From Cyanobacteriota bacterium (GTDB lineage: Bacteria; Cyanobacteriota; Cyanobacteriia; PCC-6307; Cyanobiaceae), in contig JBJOMY010000001.1 of NCBI GenBank assembly GCA_046052125.1, forward strand, positions 608,001 to 672,000: a DNA stretch of 64,000 nt, in the 5' to 3' direction. This document shows, piece by piece, positions 62,811 to 64,000 of the stretch. Made by a program: the position numbers and the translations under genes. A model generated the notes under the pieces. It was not told where the DNA came from and did not search any database. It was given only the letters and a program-made list of their open reading frames with translations. Position 1 is the first letter of the stretch. Each line of letters starts with the position of its first letter.

Positions 62811-63077
62811 ATGCAAGCCCAGACAGAGCCCCGGCCGCCCAAGCCGCCGTTCGACCGTGAGCGGTTCGTCTTCAAGACCCTGGCGGTGGTGATCGGCACC
62901 CAGCTGCTGATCTATTCCCTGGCCGCCGGGGTCTGCGGCCAGCGAGCAATGGAGGGCCGGCCGATCGGTCAAATCTGCCCGGGCACGCTGGAGCAGCTGC
63001 AGGGCGGCTTTGATTCCACCCTCAACCTTCTGCTGGCGCTGCTGGGCGGAGCAGCGCTGACGCGAATGGATCGGTAA
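62811..63077 (+). CDS. Small two-TM protein, holin candidate
   Basis: Two hydrophobic segments and a charged C-terminus; follows the peptidoglycan enzymes. Confidence 0.5.
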   Translation: MQAQTEPRPPKPPFDRERFVFKTLAVVIGTQLLIYSLAAGVCGQRAMEGRPIGQICPGTLEQLQGGFDSTLNLLLALLGGAALTRMDR

Positions 63078-63191
63078 CGCCTGGAAGCGAGCGGGGGGCT
63101 TGCTCCGGGCCTCTCCAGTCTGAGGCCCGTCCTGCGGCCGCGCCTCCGCTGGGATCGGTCCGTCGCTGCGCCACTCCTGGCGCCGATCACC

Positions 63192-63530
63192 ATGGCCACG
63201 CTCTCTGCTTCTGCCTCACCGTTCTGCCGGCCTGAGGAGGATCCGTTCCTGCTGCTGGAGTCCTGCGGCAAAGCCATCGAATCGATCCTCAGGGGCCATG
63301 CCGGCCGGCCGCTGCGCCGCACCTGGATTGATCGGCCCTATGGAGAAGAGGAGATCTCGCGCCTGGAGGAAGAGGTGTTGCCGGCGATTCAGCAGTGTCT
63401 GGCGCGGGTCGATGAGATCGATAGCGCCCTGGAAGCAGAAGCCGAGCTGAGCTCCCGCCAGCAGGTGGAGGCAGAAGCCGCGTTGCGCCGCGGCGGGCTG
63501 CAGTGCAGTGGGGCCATGCCGGTCATCTGA
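63192..63530 (+). CDS. Hypothetical protein
   Basis: 112 aa; EEDPFLLLES...TWIDRPYGEEEISRLEEEVLPAI. Confidence 0.7.
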   Translation: MATLSASASPFCRPEEDPFLLLESCGKAIESILRGHAGRPLRRTWIDRPYGEEEISRLEEEVLPAIQQCLARVDEIDSALEAEAELSSRQQVEAEAALRRGGLQCSGAMPVI

Positions 63531-63572
63531 TCCGGCGGGGGGCCACCGGGCCCCCTTCAGGTCTGCTGGTTC

Positions 63573-63600
63573 GGGTCGCCGCAGGGTTGGCGGCCCTTTT
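63573..63600 (+). terminator. Rho-independent terminator
   Basis: gggtcgcc-gcagggtt-ggcggccc-tttt. Confidence 0.6.
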
Positions 63601-64000
63601 GGCCTGCACCGCTCCGCCTCTCGCGCCTGCTCGGGCTTCTCGGCTCCGGCCGAAGAAAAACACAGCTCCAGCAGGGAGCCACTGGGTTCATCCCTGCCAC
63701 CAACCAGGCCGGGGCCTATGCCCAGGCCTCAGACGAACGCTGGCCGGGGGGCTGCAGAGCGGGCAGCCAGGGCTCCGCAGCGCGGCAGGCCGCATCAAAT
63801 CTGACGGGACTGCTGGGCACTCCTCGATCCCAGGGTGGGGAGCCCGAGCAGTTCTGCCCTCGGGCGCGGTGGGCATTCAGCACGGATCAGCAGCAGTGCC
63901 ACTGGGGGCTGGCTGGCGGGGCGGCGCGAAACCCCTCCGCAGCATGCCCCTGCGGCTCGCACTGGCCAGGGCTGAGGCAAGGCTCGCGGCGCTCGCCCCT

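Overview
High-GC window, most likely from a picocyanobacterium (Synechococcus/Cyanobium type). This is inferred from cyanobacterial-type AbrB, DUF1651, RppA/RppB-like and SigF-like proteins. No core housekeeping genes are present; the whole window is accessory DNA. (1) 1-11.3 kb looks like an older island: small hypothetical genes, an autotransporter, a PliI-type lysozyme inhibitor, a metallophosphatase, DUF429 and a possible integrase remnant. (2) At 11348-11391 lies the displaced 3' half of a tRNA-Lys(TTT), an att site. A >52 kb phage-related integrative element starts there and runs off the right edge. It carries an XRE-like regulator, RecE/RecT/SSB, Fic, SLOG/Gp157/Rad52, an RppAB-linked heavy-metal RND efflux cassette, a thermonuclease, AbrB and an AAA-WYL/LysR regulator pair. 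It also carries a complete class I DISARM system with an EVE-domain gene and a GmrSD-like (DUF262) nuclease nested inside, a stand-alone sigma-70 factor, a capsid-only structural operon and a three-gene lysis-like cassette. The structural operon has a major capsid protein, a cement-like protein and fibre-like proteins ending in a 7-bladed propeller, but no visible portal, terminase, protease or tail. The best novelty candidates are the capsid/fibre/lysis/sigma module with its shared upstream motif and the DISARM+EVE+GmrSD layered defence locus. All family calls come from motif recognition by eye, not database searches.
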